A stretch of DNA of 64,000 nt from an uncultured Oscillospiraceae bacterium (GCA_910578575.1 CAJTQP010000002.1:11245-75244); one strand, 5' to 3'; numbered from the stretch's first letter, positions 30,336 through 40,963 are shown. Numbers and translations are program-made. Notes: generated by a model from the sequence alone, not told the origin.

Positions 30336-30396
30336 AGGGGCCTCCTTTCTTCAATAGAGAAAGGGCGGCCCCATAGCCGCCCCTCTCCTGTGTATC

Positions 30397-31230
30397 TTAC
30401 TCAGCCTCAGCGGTGATGTACTTGTCCACGATCTTCTGGAAGGTGCCGTCCGCCTTCAACTCCTTCATGGCGTTGTTGATGGCGTCCAGCAGGGTAGTGT
30501 TGCCCTTGGCCACGCCGATGGCGTAGTCCTCCACAGCAAACTCGGTGTCCAAAATCTTCAGGCCCTCGTTGGCGGCCACAAAAGCCTTGGCGGGCTCGTT
30601 GTCGATGACCACCGCGTCGATCTGGCCGTTGGCCAGGGCCATGACAGCCAGGGCGCCGGTGTCGTAAGCGGTGACGTGGTCCTCGCCGTAACCGCCGTTC
30701 TCCGGGGTATCGGAGCAATAGATATAGCCGGTGGTGCCGGCCTGGCAGCCGATCATCTCCGCGTTGGCCAGGTCGTCAATGGACTGGATGGGGGAGTCCT
30801 CTTTGACGATGACCACCTGCACGCCGGTGGCGTAGCTGTCGGAGAAGTCCATGACCTTCAGGCGCTCTTCGTCCACTGTGATACCTGCCATGGCGATATC
30901 GCTCTGGCCGTTCTGGACTGCGGTCAGGGCGGTTTCAAAGCCCATATCGTCGATCTGGAGCTCCAAGCCCAGCTTCTCCGCGATGGCCTCGGCCACCTCA
31001 GCGTCGATGCCGATGATTTTGCCGCTGTCATCCAGCATCTCATAGGGCGGGAAGGCGGCGTTGGTGGACATGGTCAGCTTGCCTTCGGTGACGGTTTCCA
31101 CTGCGGCGGGCTCCTGGGCGTCGCCCTGGGCGTCGGTGGCATCCTCCGCCGGTTTCTCACCGCAGGCGGTGAGTGCGCACAGGGACAGCAGCATGGCCGC
31201 TGTGGTCAGGATGGAGAACAACTTCTTCAT
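30397..31230 (-). CDS. Polar amino acid ABC transporter substrate-binding lipoprotein
   Basis: Lipobox LTAC; TNAAFPPYE, DFSDSY; ATG 31230. Confidence 0.92.
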   Translation of the reverse strand: MKKLFSILTTAAMLLSLCALTACGEKPAEDATDAQGDAQEPAAVETVTEGKLTMSTNAAFPPYEMLDDSGKIIGIDAEVAEAIAEKLGLELQIDDMGFETALTAVQNGQSDIAMAGITVDEERLKVMDFSDSYATGVQVVIVKEDSPIQSIDDLANAEMIGCQAGTTGYIYCSDTPENGGYGEDHVTAYDTGALAVMALANGQIDAVVIDNEPAKAFVAANEGLKILDTEFAVEDYAIGVAKGNTTLLDAINNAMKELKADGTFQKIVDKYITAEAE

Positions 31231-31282
31231 GATTGGAAAAACCCTCTTTTCATTTGTTTCTTTCACTCGGCAGCGCCGAATT

Positions 31283-31320
31283 GCTTTATAATTATACAGC
31301 ATAGCGCAAAATAATGCAAG
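31283..31320 (-). promoter_or_regulatory. Promoter overlapped by two tandem ARG-box-like sites
   Basis: TTGCAT-N17-TATAAT; TGCATTATTTTGCG and TGTATAATTATAAA 20 bp apart. Confidence 0.5.
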
Positions 31321-31408
31321 AAAAACCGCTCCCCCTTCCTTCGTCGAATGCAACAAAAGGGCAGGGTGGGTTTGGCTGTCCTGACGAAGAGTGTCCAAAA
31401 ATTTTTCC

Positions 31409-31446
31409 ATAAACCTATTGACAAGCTAGGTTTATAGGGCTATACT
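31409..31446 (+). promoter_or_regulatory. metY-cysK promoter with palindromic Rrf2 (CymR/IscR)-like operator
   Basis: ATAAACCTA-N9-TAGGTTTAT centred on TTGACA; TTGACA-N17-TATACT. Confidence 0.7.
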
Positions 31447-31502
31447 ACAAAGCACAGCGGCGGAACGCCCGCCGCACAACTGCTTGAAAGCGGGAATGCT
31501 TT

Positions 31503-31634
31503 ATGATCCTCAGTTTAGAACGGTTCCTGCGCGCCAACTTTCGTTTCGGCCGAATGTGTTGTTGTCCCCACACATTCCATCCAAACAAAAGCCGAAACGA
31601 AAGGAACGAACGCCATGTCCAACTATCATTTTGA
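31503..31634 (+). CDS. Putative Cys-rich leader peptide [43 protein letters not shown]
   Basis: Weak RBS GAAAGCGGG; TGT-TGT-TGT at 31557-31565; overlaps metY start out of frame. Confidence 0.65.
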   Translation: MILSLERFLRANFRFGRMCCCPHTFHPNKSRNERNERHVQLSF

Positions 31635-32895
31635 AACTTTACAGCTCCACGTAGGTCAGGAGCAGCCCGACCCCGCCACCGGGGCCCGCGCGGTGCCCAT
31701 TTATCAGACCGCCAGCTATGTCTTTGAAAACGCCGCCCACGCCGCCGCCCGCTTCGGGCTGGCAGACCCAGGGAACATCTACGGCCGCCTCACCAACTCC
31801 ACCCAGGATGTCCTGGAGCAGCGGGTGGCGGCCCTGGAGGGGAGCGTGGCAGCTCTGGCTCTGGCCTCCGGCGCAGCAGCCATCACCTACACCATCCAGG
31901 CCCTGGCCCAGGCGGGGGAGCACATCGTGGCCCAACAGACCATTTACGGCGGCAGCTATAATCTGCTAGCCCACACCCTTCCCCTCTATGGCATCCAGAC
32001 CAGCTTTGTGGACATCCATGACCTGGCGGCGGTGGAGGGGGCCATCCAGCCTAACACCAAGGCCATCTTCGTGGAGACCTTGGGCAACCCCAACAGCGAC
32101 ATTCCAGATATCGACGCCCTGGCGGAGCTGGCCCACCGCCACGGGCTCCCCCTGGTCATCGACAACACCTTCGCCACCCCCTACCTCCTCCGGCCCCTGG
32201 AGCATGGGGCGGACCTGGTGGTCCACTCCGCCACCAAGTTCCTGGGGGGCCACGGCACCACCCTGGGGGGCATCATCGTAGACGGCGGCAAGTTCGACTG
32301 GACGGCCGGCGGGCGCTACGCTCCCATTGCCGCCCCCAACCCCAGCTACCACGGGGTCAGCTTTGTGGATGCCGCCGGGCCTGCGGCCTTTGTCACCTAC
32401 ATCCGGGCCATTCTCCTCCGGGACACCGGGGCCACCCTCTCCCCCTTCAACGCCTTCCTCCTGCTCCAGGGGATCGAGACCCTTTCCCTGCGCCTGGAGC
32501 GCCACCGGGAGAACAGCAAACAGGTGGTGGACTACCTGTCCCGGCACCCCAAGGTGGAGAGGGTCAACCACCCGTCCCTGCCGGAGCACCCCCAGCACGG
32601 GCTGTATCAACGCTACTTCCCCCAGGGCGGGGCGTCCATCTTCACCTTTGACATCAAGGGCGGCCAGGCGGAGGCCCACCGTTTCATTGACCACCTGACC
32701 CTCTTCTCCCTGCTGGCCAACGTGGCGGACGTGAAGAGCCTGGTGATCCACCCGGCCACCACCACCCACAGCCAGCTCAATGCGCAGGAACTGGCCCAAC
32801 AGGGCATCGGGCAAAATACCATCCGCCTGTCCATCGGCACGGAACACATCGACGATCTCATCGCTGACCTTGAAAAGGGCTTCGCGGCGGTGTAA
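31615..32895 (+). CDS. metY: O-acetylhomoserine/O-acetylserine sulfhydrylase
   Basis: [34 protein letters not shown]. Confidence 0.93.
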   Translation: MSNYHFETLQLHVGQEQPDPATGARAVPIYQTASYVFENAAHAAARFGLADPGNIYGRLTNSTQDVLEQRVAALEGSVAALALASGAAAITYTIQALAQAGEHIVAQQTIYGGSYNLLAHTLPLYGIQTSFVDIHDLAAVEGAIQPNTKAIFVETLGNPNSDIPDIDALAELAHRHGLPLVIDNTFATPYLLRPLEHGADLVVHSATKFLGGHGTTLGGIIVDGGKFDWTAGGRYAPIAAPNPSYHGVSFVDAAGPAAFVTYIRAILLRDTGATLSPFNAFLLLQGIETLSLRLERHRENSKQVVDYLSRHPKVERVNHPSLPEHPQHGLYQRYFPQGGASIFTFDIKGGQAEAHRFIDHLTLFSLLANVADVKSLVIHPATTTHSQLNAQELAQQGIGQNTIRLSIGTEHIDDLIADLEKGFAAV

Positions 32896-32936
32896 AATAG
32901 CAGCAGGAAACACGTATAAATAGGAGGAAACAAGTT

Positions 32937-33872
<936 letters not shown>

Positions 33873-33891
33873 GGGCACATACATACAAAAC

Positions 33892-33934
33892 ACCAGCGCG
33901 GTGGGGCCCCTTCCGGCAGCCCCACCGCGCTGGT
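33892..33934. terminator. Stem-loop between convergent cysK and hisIE
   Basis: accagcgcggtggggc...gccccaccgcgctggt. Confidence 0.7.
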
Positions 33935-33966
33935 CGTGCTGTCCATAAAAGCGTGTTAGCCGCCCC

Positions 33967-34614
33967 TCAAACCATCTTTTCCTGCTTCACCTTCTTGTCG
34001 ATCACATGGCGCTTGGCCAGCTCTCCCCGCACATCCTCCAGGGAGATGCCCAGTTGCAGCATCAGCACCATCACGTGGTAGGCCAGGTCAGCGATCTCAT
34101 ACACCGTCTCGGCCTTGTCCTCCGCCTTCCCGGCGATGACCACCTCGGTGCACTCCTCCCCCACCTTTTTGAGGATCTTATCCAGGCCCTTTTCAAAGAG
34201 GTAGGAGGTATAGGAGCCCTCCTTGGGGTGTTCCTTGCGGCCTTGGAGCATTTCCATGAGGCTGTCGATGGTGAAGCCGGGGGTCTCGTCCCCTTCCCAG
34301 AGGGGGTTGTGGAAGCAGCTCTCCGCCCCGGTGTGGCAGGCGGGGCCGTCTTTGTTCACCCGGATCACCAGGGCGTCGTTGTCGCAGTCGGCGGTGATGT
34401 CGATGATGTGCTGCACCGCCCCGGAGGTCTCCCCCTTGCGCCACAGTTCCTGGCGGGAGCGGCTGTAGAAGCAGGTGCGGCCTTCCTTCATGGAGATTTC
34501 CAGGCTCTCCCGGTTCATGTAGGCCAGGGTAAGCACCTGGCCGGTGGTGCCGTCCACCACGATGGCGGGGATGAGGCCTTTTTCGTCGAATTTCAGTTGG
34601 TCTATGATGTTCAT
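33967..34614 (-). CDS. hisIE: Phosphoribosyl-AMP cyclohydrolase / phosphoribosyl-ATP pyrophosphatase
   Basis: [25 protein letters not shown]. Confidence 0.96.
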   Translation of the reverse strand: MNIIDQLKFDEKGLIPAIVVDGTTGQVLTLAYMNRESLEISMKEGRTCFYSRSRQELWRKGETSGAVQHIIDITADCDNDALVIRVNKDGPACHTGAESCFHNPLWEGDETPGFTIDSLMEMLQGRKEHPKEGSYTSYLFEKGLDKILKKVGEECTEVVIAGKAEDKAETVYEIADLAYHVMVLMLQLGISLEDVRGELAKRHVIDKKVKQEKMV

Positions 34615-34687
34615 GGGTTGGTTCCTTTCTTATTGTCCTGAAACAGGTGGGGGTAACGGGAATATAACGCGGTGGGACAACAAAGCG

Positions 34688-34740
34688 CGGGATGCCGAGG
34701 GGAATACGGGGAAGCGGGACGCCGAGGAAAATACAGGGGA
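34688..34740 (+). repeat. Two tandem ~26-bp degenerate copies of the REP doublet left end
   Basis: cgggatgccgaggggaatacggggaag / cgggacgccgaggaaaatacagggga directly before cgggacgccgagg. Confidence 0.7.
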
Positions 34741-34891
34741 CGGGACGCCGAGGGCGGCGTCCCCTACAAAGACGCGCCCGTGTCCTCACCACCCGTATGT
34801 TCACAATCTGCGTGGTTGGGCCTGCCGTGTGAACAAACCTGTCTTGCGTGTGCTCCCGTTGGATGTAGGGGCCGGCGCCCTCGCCGGCCCG
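34741..34891 (+). repeat. GTAG-type REP doublet (REPIN-like), copy A
   Basis: Ends cgggacgccgagggcggcgtcccctac and gtaggggccggcgccctcgccggcccg; shared core with copies B-D. Confidence 0.85.
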
Positions 34892-34929
34892 CGGTGTTTC
34901 CACCGGCCTACGGTGTCATCACCTGCCTT

Positions 34930-35685
34930 CTACCGCACCAAAACCCCGTTCCTTCGCAGTTCATCCTTCAAGTCCGGGATGGCAATTTCCCCAAAATGGA
35001 ACACCGACGCCGCCAGCCCTGCGTCCACGCCGGGGAGGGTCTGGAAGAGTTCGGTGAAATCCGCCATCTTCCCCGCCCCCCCGGAGGCGATCACGGGGAC
35101 CTTTACGGCGGCGCAGACGGCCTGGAGCAGTTCCAAATCGAAGCCGCCCTTCACCCCGTCGGTGTCGATGGAGTTTACCACCACTTCCCCGGCCCCCAGG
35201 GCCACGCCCTGTTTGATCCAGGCGATGGCCTCCAGGCCGGTGTCGTCCCGGCCCCCCCGGCCAAAGACCCGGAACTGGCCCCCCACCCGCTTCACGTCGG
35301 CGGAGAGCACCACGCACTGGCTGCCGTAGCGCTGGGCGGCCTGCCGGATCAGCTCCGGGTTGCGCAACGCCCCGGAGTTGACGCTGACCTTATCCGCGCC
35401 GCATTTCAGCACCCGGTCAAAGTCCTCCAGGCTGTTGATGCCGCCCCCTACGGTGAGGGGGATGAACACCCGGCTGGCGGTCTCCCGCAGGATATCCGTA
35501 AACAGGCCCCGCCCTTCCGCGGAGGCGGTGATGTCGTAAAAGACCAGCTCGTCGGCCCCGTTTTTGCTATAGAACTCCGCCAGCTCCACTGGGGAGCTCA
35601 CGTCGCCCAGGCCCTCAAAGCGGACCCCCTTCACCACCCGGCCGTCCTTCACGTCCAGGCAGGGGATGATGCGTTTTGTAATCAT
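34930..35685 (-). CDS. hisF: Imidazole glycerol phosphate synthase cyclase subunit
   Basis: KRIIPCLDV, ADELVFYDITAS, IASGGAG. Confidence 0.97.
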   Translation of the reverse strand: MITKRIIPCLDVKDGRVVKGVRFEGLGDVSSPVELAEFYSKNGADELVFYDITASAEGRGLFTDILRETASRVFIPLTVGGGINSLEDFDRVLKCGADKVSVNSGALRNPELIRQAAQRYGSQCVVLSADVKRVGGQFRVFGRGGRDDTGLEAIAWIKQGVALGAGEVVVNSIDTDGVKGGFDLELLQAVCAAVKVPVIASGGAGKMADFTELFQTLPGVDAGLAASVFHFGEIAIPDLKDELRRNGVLVR

Positions 35686-36404
35686 GGCGTTCCCTCCCCC
35701 AGGCGCACCGCCTGGGCCAGGTCGATGGTGCCGGCGTACAGGGCCCGGCCGATGATGGCCCCGGCGGCCCCGGCCCGGCGCAGGGCCTCCACATCCTCCA
35801 GGGAGGTCACCCCGCCGGAGGCGATGATATCCATGTGGTAGCGGGCGGAGAGGGCGGCGTAGAGCTTGTGGTTGGTGCCCCCCATGGCGCCGTCCTTGGA
35901 GATATCGGTGCAGATCACCGTCTGCACCCCCAAGTCCTGCATTCGGCCTAGAAAGACGTCCCAGCTCTCGGCGCTGGTCTCCAGCCAGCCCTTGATGGCG
36001 ATCTTTCCGTTTTTCAGGTCCGCCCCCACGGCGATCTTCTCCCCGTACTGCTTCACGGCGGCGGCGGTGAAGTCCGGGTCCGTGACGGCGGCGGTGCCCA
36101 GGATCACCCGGCTGGCCCCGGCCTCTAAGTAGCGGCGCACGGTGTCCATGGTGCGGATGCCGCCCCCCACCTGGACGAACATCCCCGTCTGCTTGGCGAT
36201 GGCCTCGATGGTGGCCAGGTTGGTGGTCTCCCCGGTCTTGGCCCCCTCCAGGTCCACCACATGGAGGCAGGTGGCCCCGGCGGCCTCGAAGCGCTCCACG
36301 GTGTGGAGGGGTTCCGGGTCGTATACCGTCATTTTTTCATAGTCCCCCTGAAAGAGGCGCACTGCTTGGCCCCCAAACAGGTCGATGGCAGGGAAAATCT
36401 TCAT
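35682..36404 (-). CDS. hisA: ProFAR isomerase
   Basis: FPAIDL, HVVDLEGA, QVGGGIR, TDISKDG. Confidence 0.96.
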   Translation of the reverse strand: MKIFPAIDLFGGQAVRLFQGDYEKMTVYDPEPLHTVERFEAAGATCLHVVDLEGAKTGETTNLATIEAIAKQTGMFVQVGGGIRTMDTVRRYLEAGASRVILGTAAVTDPDFTAAAVKQYGEKIAVGADLKNGKIAIKGWLETSAESWDVFLGRMQDLGVQTVICTDISKDGAMGGTNHKLYAALSARYHMDIIASGGVTSLEDVEALRRAGAAGAIIGRALYAGTIDLAQAVRLGEGTP

Positions 36405-36405
36405 C

Positions 36406-37026
36406 TCACCAGTCCTCCTCGCAAAATGTCCGTAAAATCTGCAAGCCCACGTCCCCGCTCTTCTCCGGGTGGAACTGACAGCCCATCACCTTCCCGTGGG
36501 CCACGGCGGCGGTCAATTCCGCGCCGTACTCCGTGGTGGCGATGCAGGCATCGCCGCAGCCATCCGCCCAGAAGGAGTGGACGAAATACACGCAATCCCC
36601 TGCCTGGACACTGGCCAGGAGGGGGTGTTTTTCTCCCTGGGGGAAGTGCAGGGCGTTCCAGCCGATGTGGGGGATTTTGTAGTCCGGGGGGATGACCCCC
36701 GCCATGGGCACCACTTTGCCGGGGATGAGCCCCAGGCCGGGGCAGCGGCCGAACTCATAGCTCTCGTCAAAGAGCAGCTGCATCCCCAGGCAGATACCCA
36801 GGATGGGCTTGCCTGCCTGGGCTTCCTCCAAAATCACCTGGTCCAGGCCGGTGGTGCGGAGTTTTTCTGCCGCGTCGGCAAAGGCCCCTACGCCGGGGAG
36901 GATCAGGCGGGGGGCCTGGCGTAGTTGGGCGGGGTCTCCTGTTACCACCGGCGTTTGGCCGATGGCTTCTAGGGAACGGCAGAGGGAAAAGAGGTTTCCT
37001 ACGCCGTAATCTATTATTGCGATCAT
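36406..37026 (-). CDS. hisH: Imidazole glycerol phosphate synthase glutaminase subunit
   Basis: IIDYGVGN, GICLGMQ, QFHPEKS. Confidence 0.96.
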   Translation of the reverse strand: MIAIIDYGVGNLFSLCRSLEAIGQTPVVTGDPAQLRQAPRLILPGVGAFADAAEKLRTTGLDQVILEEAQAGKPILGICLGMQLLFDESYEFGRCPGLGLIPGKVVPMAGVIPPDYKIPHIGWNALHFPQGEKHPLLASVQAGDCVYFVHSFWADGCGDACIATTEYGAELTAAVAHGKVMGCQFHPEKSGDVGLQILRTFCEEDW

Positions 37027-37107
37027 ACCATCGCTCCTTCCTGTTTCGGCGGTGTGGATGGGACACCAGGTCAGGTCAGACATGGGGTTCCAGGGCCACG
37101 CCAACCC

Positions 37108-37312
37108 AAGGCTCCTTTTGAAAGGAGCTCCCGGCGAAGCCGGGTGAGGATTGCCTCCGGGCACAAAAGGTGGGTTTTCCACCATGTCGTGAGGGGCACC
37201 CTACGAAGGGAAATCGTGTGGTTCTCTTTCTGTGTCGTCGGGGGCACTCACACTTCTGGGAATCACCCGTCACGGGCTTCGCCGTGACACCCTCTTTGGA
37301 AAAGAGGGCTTT
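37108..37312. repeat. Second-family inverted double-hairpin repeat inside the his operon
   Basis: Left unit 37108-37152 and inverted right unit 37261-37312, each two hairpins with a GCGAAGC cap. Confidence 0.6.
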
Positions 37313-37363
37313 TTGGGGGGGGCTTGTCCACAGGTTCTCTTAATTATACCAGCTTTTCTCTCA

Positions 37364-37942
37364 TTACACCAGCATACCCTTCGTAGACGGCACCTGGTCC
37401 CCGGTGATCTTCACCGCGTCCCGCAGGCTCCGGCCCGCGGCTTTGAACACGCCCTCCAGGATATGGTGGCTGTTCTCCCCCGCCAGCTTGCGCAGGTGGA
37501 GGGTGCAGCCTGCCCGGCGGGTGAAGGCCAGCCAGAACTCCTTGGCCAGCTCCGTGTCGAAGCTCCCTACCTTCTGGGTGGGCAGGGGGATATCCCAGCA
37601 GAGCATCCCCCGGCCGGAGAGGTCCACGGCGGCCAGGATGAGGGCCTCGTCCATGGGCAGGAGGCTCTGGCCGAAACGCTCCACCCCCCGTAGGTCTCCC
37701 AGGGCTTGGGCGAAGGCGTCCCCCAGGCAGATGCCCACATCCTCCACGCTGTGGTGGTCGTCCACCCAGGTGTCGCCGCTGCACGCCACCGTGAGGCCGA
37801 AGCCCCCGTGGCGGGCGAAGCCGTTTAACATGTGGTCCAGGAAGCCCACGCCGGTTTTCATCTCCCGTTGGCCCCCCTCCAAACACAGGGTGAGGCGGAT
37901 GTCGGTCTCGGCGGTTTTCCGTTGGATGCTTGCCTCTCTCAT
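37364..37942 (-). CDS. hisB: Imidazoleglycerol-phosphate dehydratase
   Basis: RKTAETDI, DDHHSVED, NSHHILE. Confidence 0.96.
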   Translation of the reverse strand: MREASIQRKTAETDIRLTLCLEGGQREMKTGVGFLDHMLNGFARHGGFGLTVACSGDTWVDDHHSVEDVGICLGDAFAQALGDLRGVERFGQSLLPMDEALILAAVDLSGRGMLCWDIPLPTQKVGSFDTELAKEFWLAFTRRAGCTLHLRKLAGENSHHILEGVFKAAGRSLRDAVKITGDQVPSTKGMLV

Positions 37943-39006
37943 ACCAGCCCCTCCTCTTCCAAAATGGCCCGGACTTCCTTTAAGAATGCCCCCATCTCCT
38001 CCTCGGTGCCGATGGTCACCCGGTTATAGTCCGCCAAGGCCGGGTCAGAGAAGTGGCGGATGAGGACCCCCCGTTCCTTGAGCTTCCGGTAGAGGGTCTC
38101 CCCAGGCAGCCCTTCCCGGCGGATAAAGAGGAAATTGGCCTTGGAGTCCGGGAAGGTAAAGCCCAGCCCCTGCAAGGCCACCCCGATGCGCTCTCTGGTG
38201 GCCATGATGCGCTTGGCGTTTTCCACAAAGTAGGGGGCGGCATCCACCGCCGCTGCCCCCAATTTCAGGGTCAGGCGGTTGACGTTGTAGGGGTTGGTGG
38301 AAAACTTTAGCTTTTCCAGGTCCTCGATGAGTTCCCTGTCCCCCAGGGCAAAGCCCAGCCGGGCCCCGGCCATGGAGCGGGACTTGGAATAGGTCATCAC
38401 CACCAGCAGGTTGGGGTAGCGGTGGATCAGCTCTGCCGCGCTCTCCCCGCCGAAGTCGACGTAGGCCTCATCCACCAGAACCACCTGGTCCGGGTTGGAG
38501 ACCACGATTTTCTCGATGGCGTCCAGGCCCACCGCCAGCCCTGTGGGGGCGTTGGGGTTGGCCAGGACGGTGAAGCAGCCTGTCCCCCGCAGCTTGTCCA
38601 CATCCAGGGAGAAGTCCTCTTTCAGGGGCACCTCTCGGTAAGGCACCCCATGGAGCTGGGCAAACACGGGGTAAAAGCTATAGCTGGGGCGAGGGAACAC
38701 CGCCCCCTGGGCCCCGAAGGCCAGGAAGGCAAAATTCAAAATGTCGTCGGAGCCGTTGGAGAGAAAAACGTTCTCTGCCTTGCAGCCGTAGTACCAGGCC
38801 AGCTTTTCCTTCAAGTCCTTGCCCTCCGGGTCGGAGTAGAGCCGCAGCTCCGCAACGTCCGTTTGGTTCAAGGCTTCCACCACCTCCGGGGCGGGGGGAT
38901 AGGGGGACTCGTTGGTGTTGAGCTTGATATACTGCCGGTCCCTGGGCTGTTCCCCAGGGGTGTAGGCCTCTAGGGCGGCGAATTTTTCGTGGAGGAAACG
39001 GCTCAT
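37939..39006 (-). CDS. hisC: Histidinol-phosphate aminotransferase
   Basis: KLNTNESP, NPNAPTG, DEAY, YSKSRSMAGARLG. Confidence 0.95.
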   Translation of the reverse strand: MSRFLHEKFAALEAYTPGEQPRDRQYIKLNTNESPYPPAPEVVEALNQTDVAELRLYSDPEGKDLKEKLAWYYGCKAENVFLSNGSDDILNFAFLAFGAQGAVFPRPSYSFYPVFAQLHGVPYREVPLKEDFSLDVDKLRGTGCFTVLANPNAPTGLAVGLDAIEKIVVSNPDQVVLVDEAYVDFGGESAAELIHRYPNLLVVMTYSKSRSMAGARLGFALGDRELIEDLEKLKFSTNPYNVNRLTLKLGAAAVDAAPYFVENAKRIMATRERIGVALQGLGFTFPDSKANFLFIRREGLPGETLYRKLKERGVLIRHFSDPALADYNRVTIGTEEEMGAFLKEVRAILEEEGLV

Positions 39007-40289
39007 GACTTGCCCACCACCTTGGGGTCAAAGCGGATGTCGATGCTCCGGGCGTGGCCCGTCAGCCCTTCCTTTTTGGCAAAGTTGGACACCGTCTCCT
39101 GGGCCACGGACAGGGCCTCTGGGGTGTAGTACAGATACTGGCTCTTCTTGACGAAATCGTCCACCGACAGGGGGCTGGAGAAGCGGGCGGTGCCCCCGGT
39201 GGGCAGGGTGTGGTTGGGCCCGGCGAAATAGTCCCCCAGGGCTTCCGGGCAGTTGTGGCCTAGGAAGATGGACCCGGCGTTCTGGATGGCGTTGAGCCAG
39301 CGGAAGGGCTCCGCCACGGACAGCTCCAAGTGTTCCGGGGCGATCTGGTTGGCGATCTCCACCGCTTGTTCGATGCTCTGGGCCAGGATGATCTTGCCGT
39401 TGTTGTCGATGGAGGCCCTTGCAATTTCCTCCCGCTTTAACTGGGGAAGCTGTTCCTCCAGCGCCGCCTGGACGGCCTTGGCGAGAACCTCACTGTCCGT
39501 CACCAACACTGCGGAGGCCGCCTTGTCGTGCTCCGCCTGGCTGAGCAGGTCCGCTGCCACGATCTGAGGGTCGGCGGTGTCGTCGGCAATCACCAAAATC
39601 TCACTGGGGCCCGCCACCATGTCGATGCCCACGATGCCGAACACCTGGCGCTTGGCCTCCGCCACGAAGCGGTTGCCGGGGCCCACGATCTTGTCCACAC
39701 GGGGGACGCTCTCGGTGCCGTAGGCCAGGGCCGCCACCGCCTGGGCGCCCCCCACCCGGAACACCCGGTCCACCCCGCACACCCGCGCGGCGGCCAGAAT
39801 CGCCGGGGGGATTTTCCCATCCTTACCGGGGGGCGTCACCATGCACAGCTCCTTCACCCCCGCCAGCTTGGCGGGGATGGCGTTCATCAGCACGCTGGAG
39901 GGGTAGGCGGCGGTGCCGCCGGGGACGTACAGTCCCACCCGCGCCAGGGGCATCACCTTCTGGCCCAAGATCACCCCCCGCTCGTCGCTGGTCTGGAAGC
40001 CACTGCGCAGCTGATGCTGGTGGAAGGCGCTGATGCGCTCCGCCGCCCGGTAGAGGATATCCACCAGGGCCGGGTCCGCCCGGCGGAATCCCTCGTCGAT
40101 GGCCCCCTGGCCCAGCTCGATACTGGACAGCTCCGCCCCGTCAAAAGCCTTGGTATATTCTTTCAGGGCCGCGTCGCCCTTGGTCTTGACGTTCTCGATG
40201 ATGGCCCGGACCTCCGCCTCCGCGTCCCGCACCGGGTCTTGCCGGGAAAAAATCTCCGCCCCGGCGCTTGCCTGTAACATAGGGATCAT
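39003..40289 (-). CDS. hisD: Histidinol dehydrogenase
   Basis: YVPGG, KIVGPGN, AGPSE, APEHLE, GPNHTLPT. Confidence 0.97.
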   Translation of the reverse strand: MIPMLQASAGAEIFSRQDPVRDAEAEVRAIIENVKTKGDAALKEYTKAFDGAELSSIELGQGAIDEGFRRADPALVDILYRAAERISAFHQHQLRSGFQTSDERGVILGQKVMPLARVGLYVPGGTAAYPSSVLMNAIPAKLAGVKELCMVTPPGKDGKIPPAILAAARVCGVDRVFRVGGAQAVAALAYGTESVPRVDKIVGPGNRFVAEAKRQVFGIVGIDMVAGPSEILVIADDTADPQIVAADLLSQAEHDKAASAVLVTDSEVLAKAVQAALEEQLPQLKREEIARASIDNNGKIILAQSIEQAVEIANQIAPEHLELSVAEPFRWLNAIQNAGSIFLGHNCPEALGDYFAGPNHTLPTGGTARFSSPLSVDDFVKKSQYLYYTPEALSVAQETVSNFAKKEGLTGHARSIDIRFDPKVVGKS

Positions 40290-40963
40290 TGCGCTGCCTC
40301 CTTTGCCGCCACCTGCTCCTGTAGGCCCTGGAAAAGGGTCTGGATGGCCTCATATTTGAATTGATAACTGACCTTGTTGGCGATGAGCCGGGCACTGATG
40401 TCCACGATGGTCTCGATGGGGGTCAGGCCGTTTTCCTTTAGGGTGGTGCCCGTCTCCACGATGTCCACGATCACGTCGGTCATCCCCAAAATGGGGGCGA
40501 TCTCAATGGAGCCGTGGAGGCGGACCACGTCGATGTCCCGGCTCTGGCTGCTGTAGTAGCTCTGGGCGATGTTGGGAAATTCCGTGGCCACCCGGAGTTT
40601 TTGGTCCGGGTTGTCCCGAAAGCCCTCCAGAGCCGCCACGCACATGCGGCATTTCCCGATTTCCAGGTCCAGCAGCTCATAGACGCTGGGGGCATACTCC
40701 AGCAAGATGTCCTTCCCCGCCACCCCCACGTCGGCGGCCCCCCGCTCCACATAGGCGGGCACGTCGGAGGGTTTCACCCAGAAATAGCGCACCTTGGCCT
40801 CCGGATTCTCAAAAATCAGCTTCCGCTTGGGGTCCAGCAGCTCCGGGCAGGGGAAACCCGCCTGGGCCAGCATGGCATACACCCGCTCCCCCAGGCGGCC
40901 CTTGGGCAGGGCCACGTTCAGGAAGCCGTCGGCAGAGGTGCCGCTGTCAAACAAAGGTCTCAT
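40286..40963 (-). CDS. hisG: ATP phosphoribosyltransferase, short form
   Basis: ALPKGRL, GSIEIAP, IVDIVETGTTLKENGL. Confidence 0.95.
   Translation of the reverse strand: MRPLFDSGTSADGFLNVALPKGRLGERVYAMLAQAGFPCPELLDPKRKLIFENPEAKVRYFWVKPSDVPAYVERGAADVGVAGKDILLEYAPSVYELLDLEIGKCRMCVAALEGFRDNPDQKLRVATEFPNIAQSYYSSQSRDIDVVRLHGSIEIAPILGMTDVIVDIVETGTTLKENGLTPIETIVDISARLIANKVSYQFKYEAIQTLFQGLQEQVAAKEAAQ

Noticed and set aside
34688..34891. Possible CRISPR array or tRNA
   Set aside because: Units are degenerate without unique regular spacers, there are no cas genes and no cloverleaf; better explained as REP-like repeats
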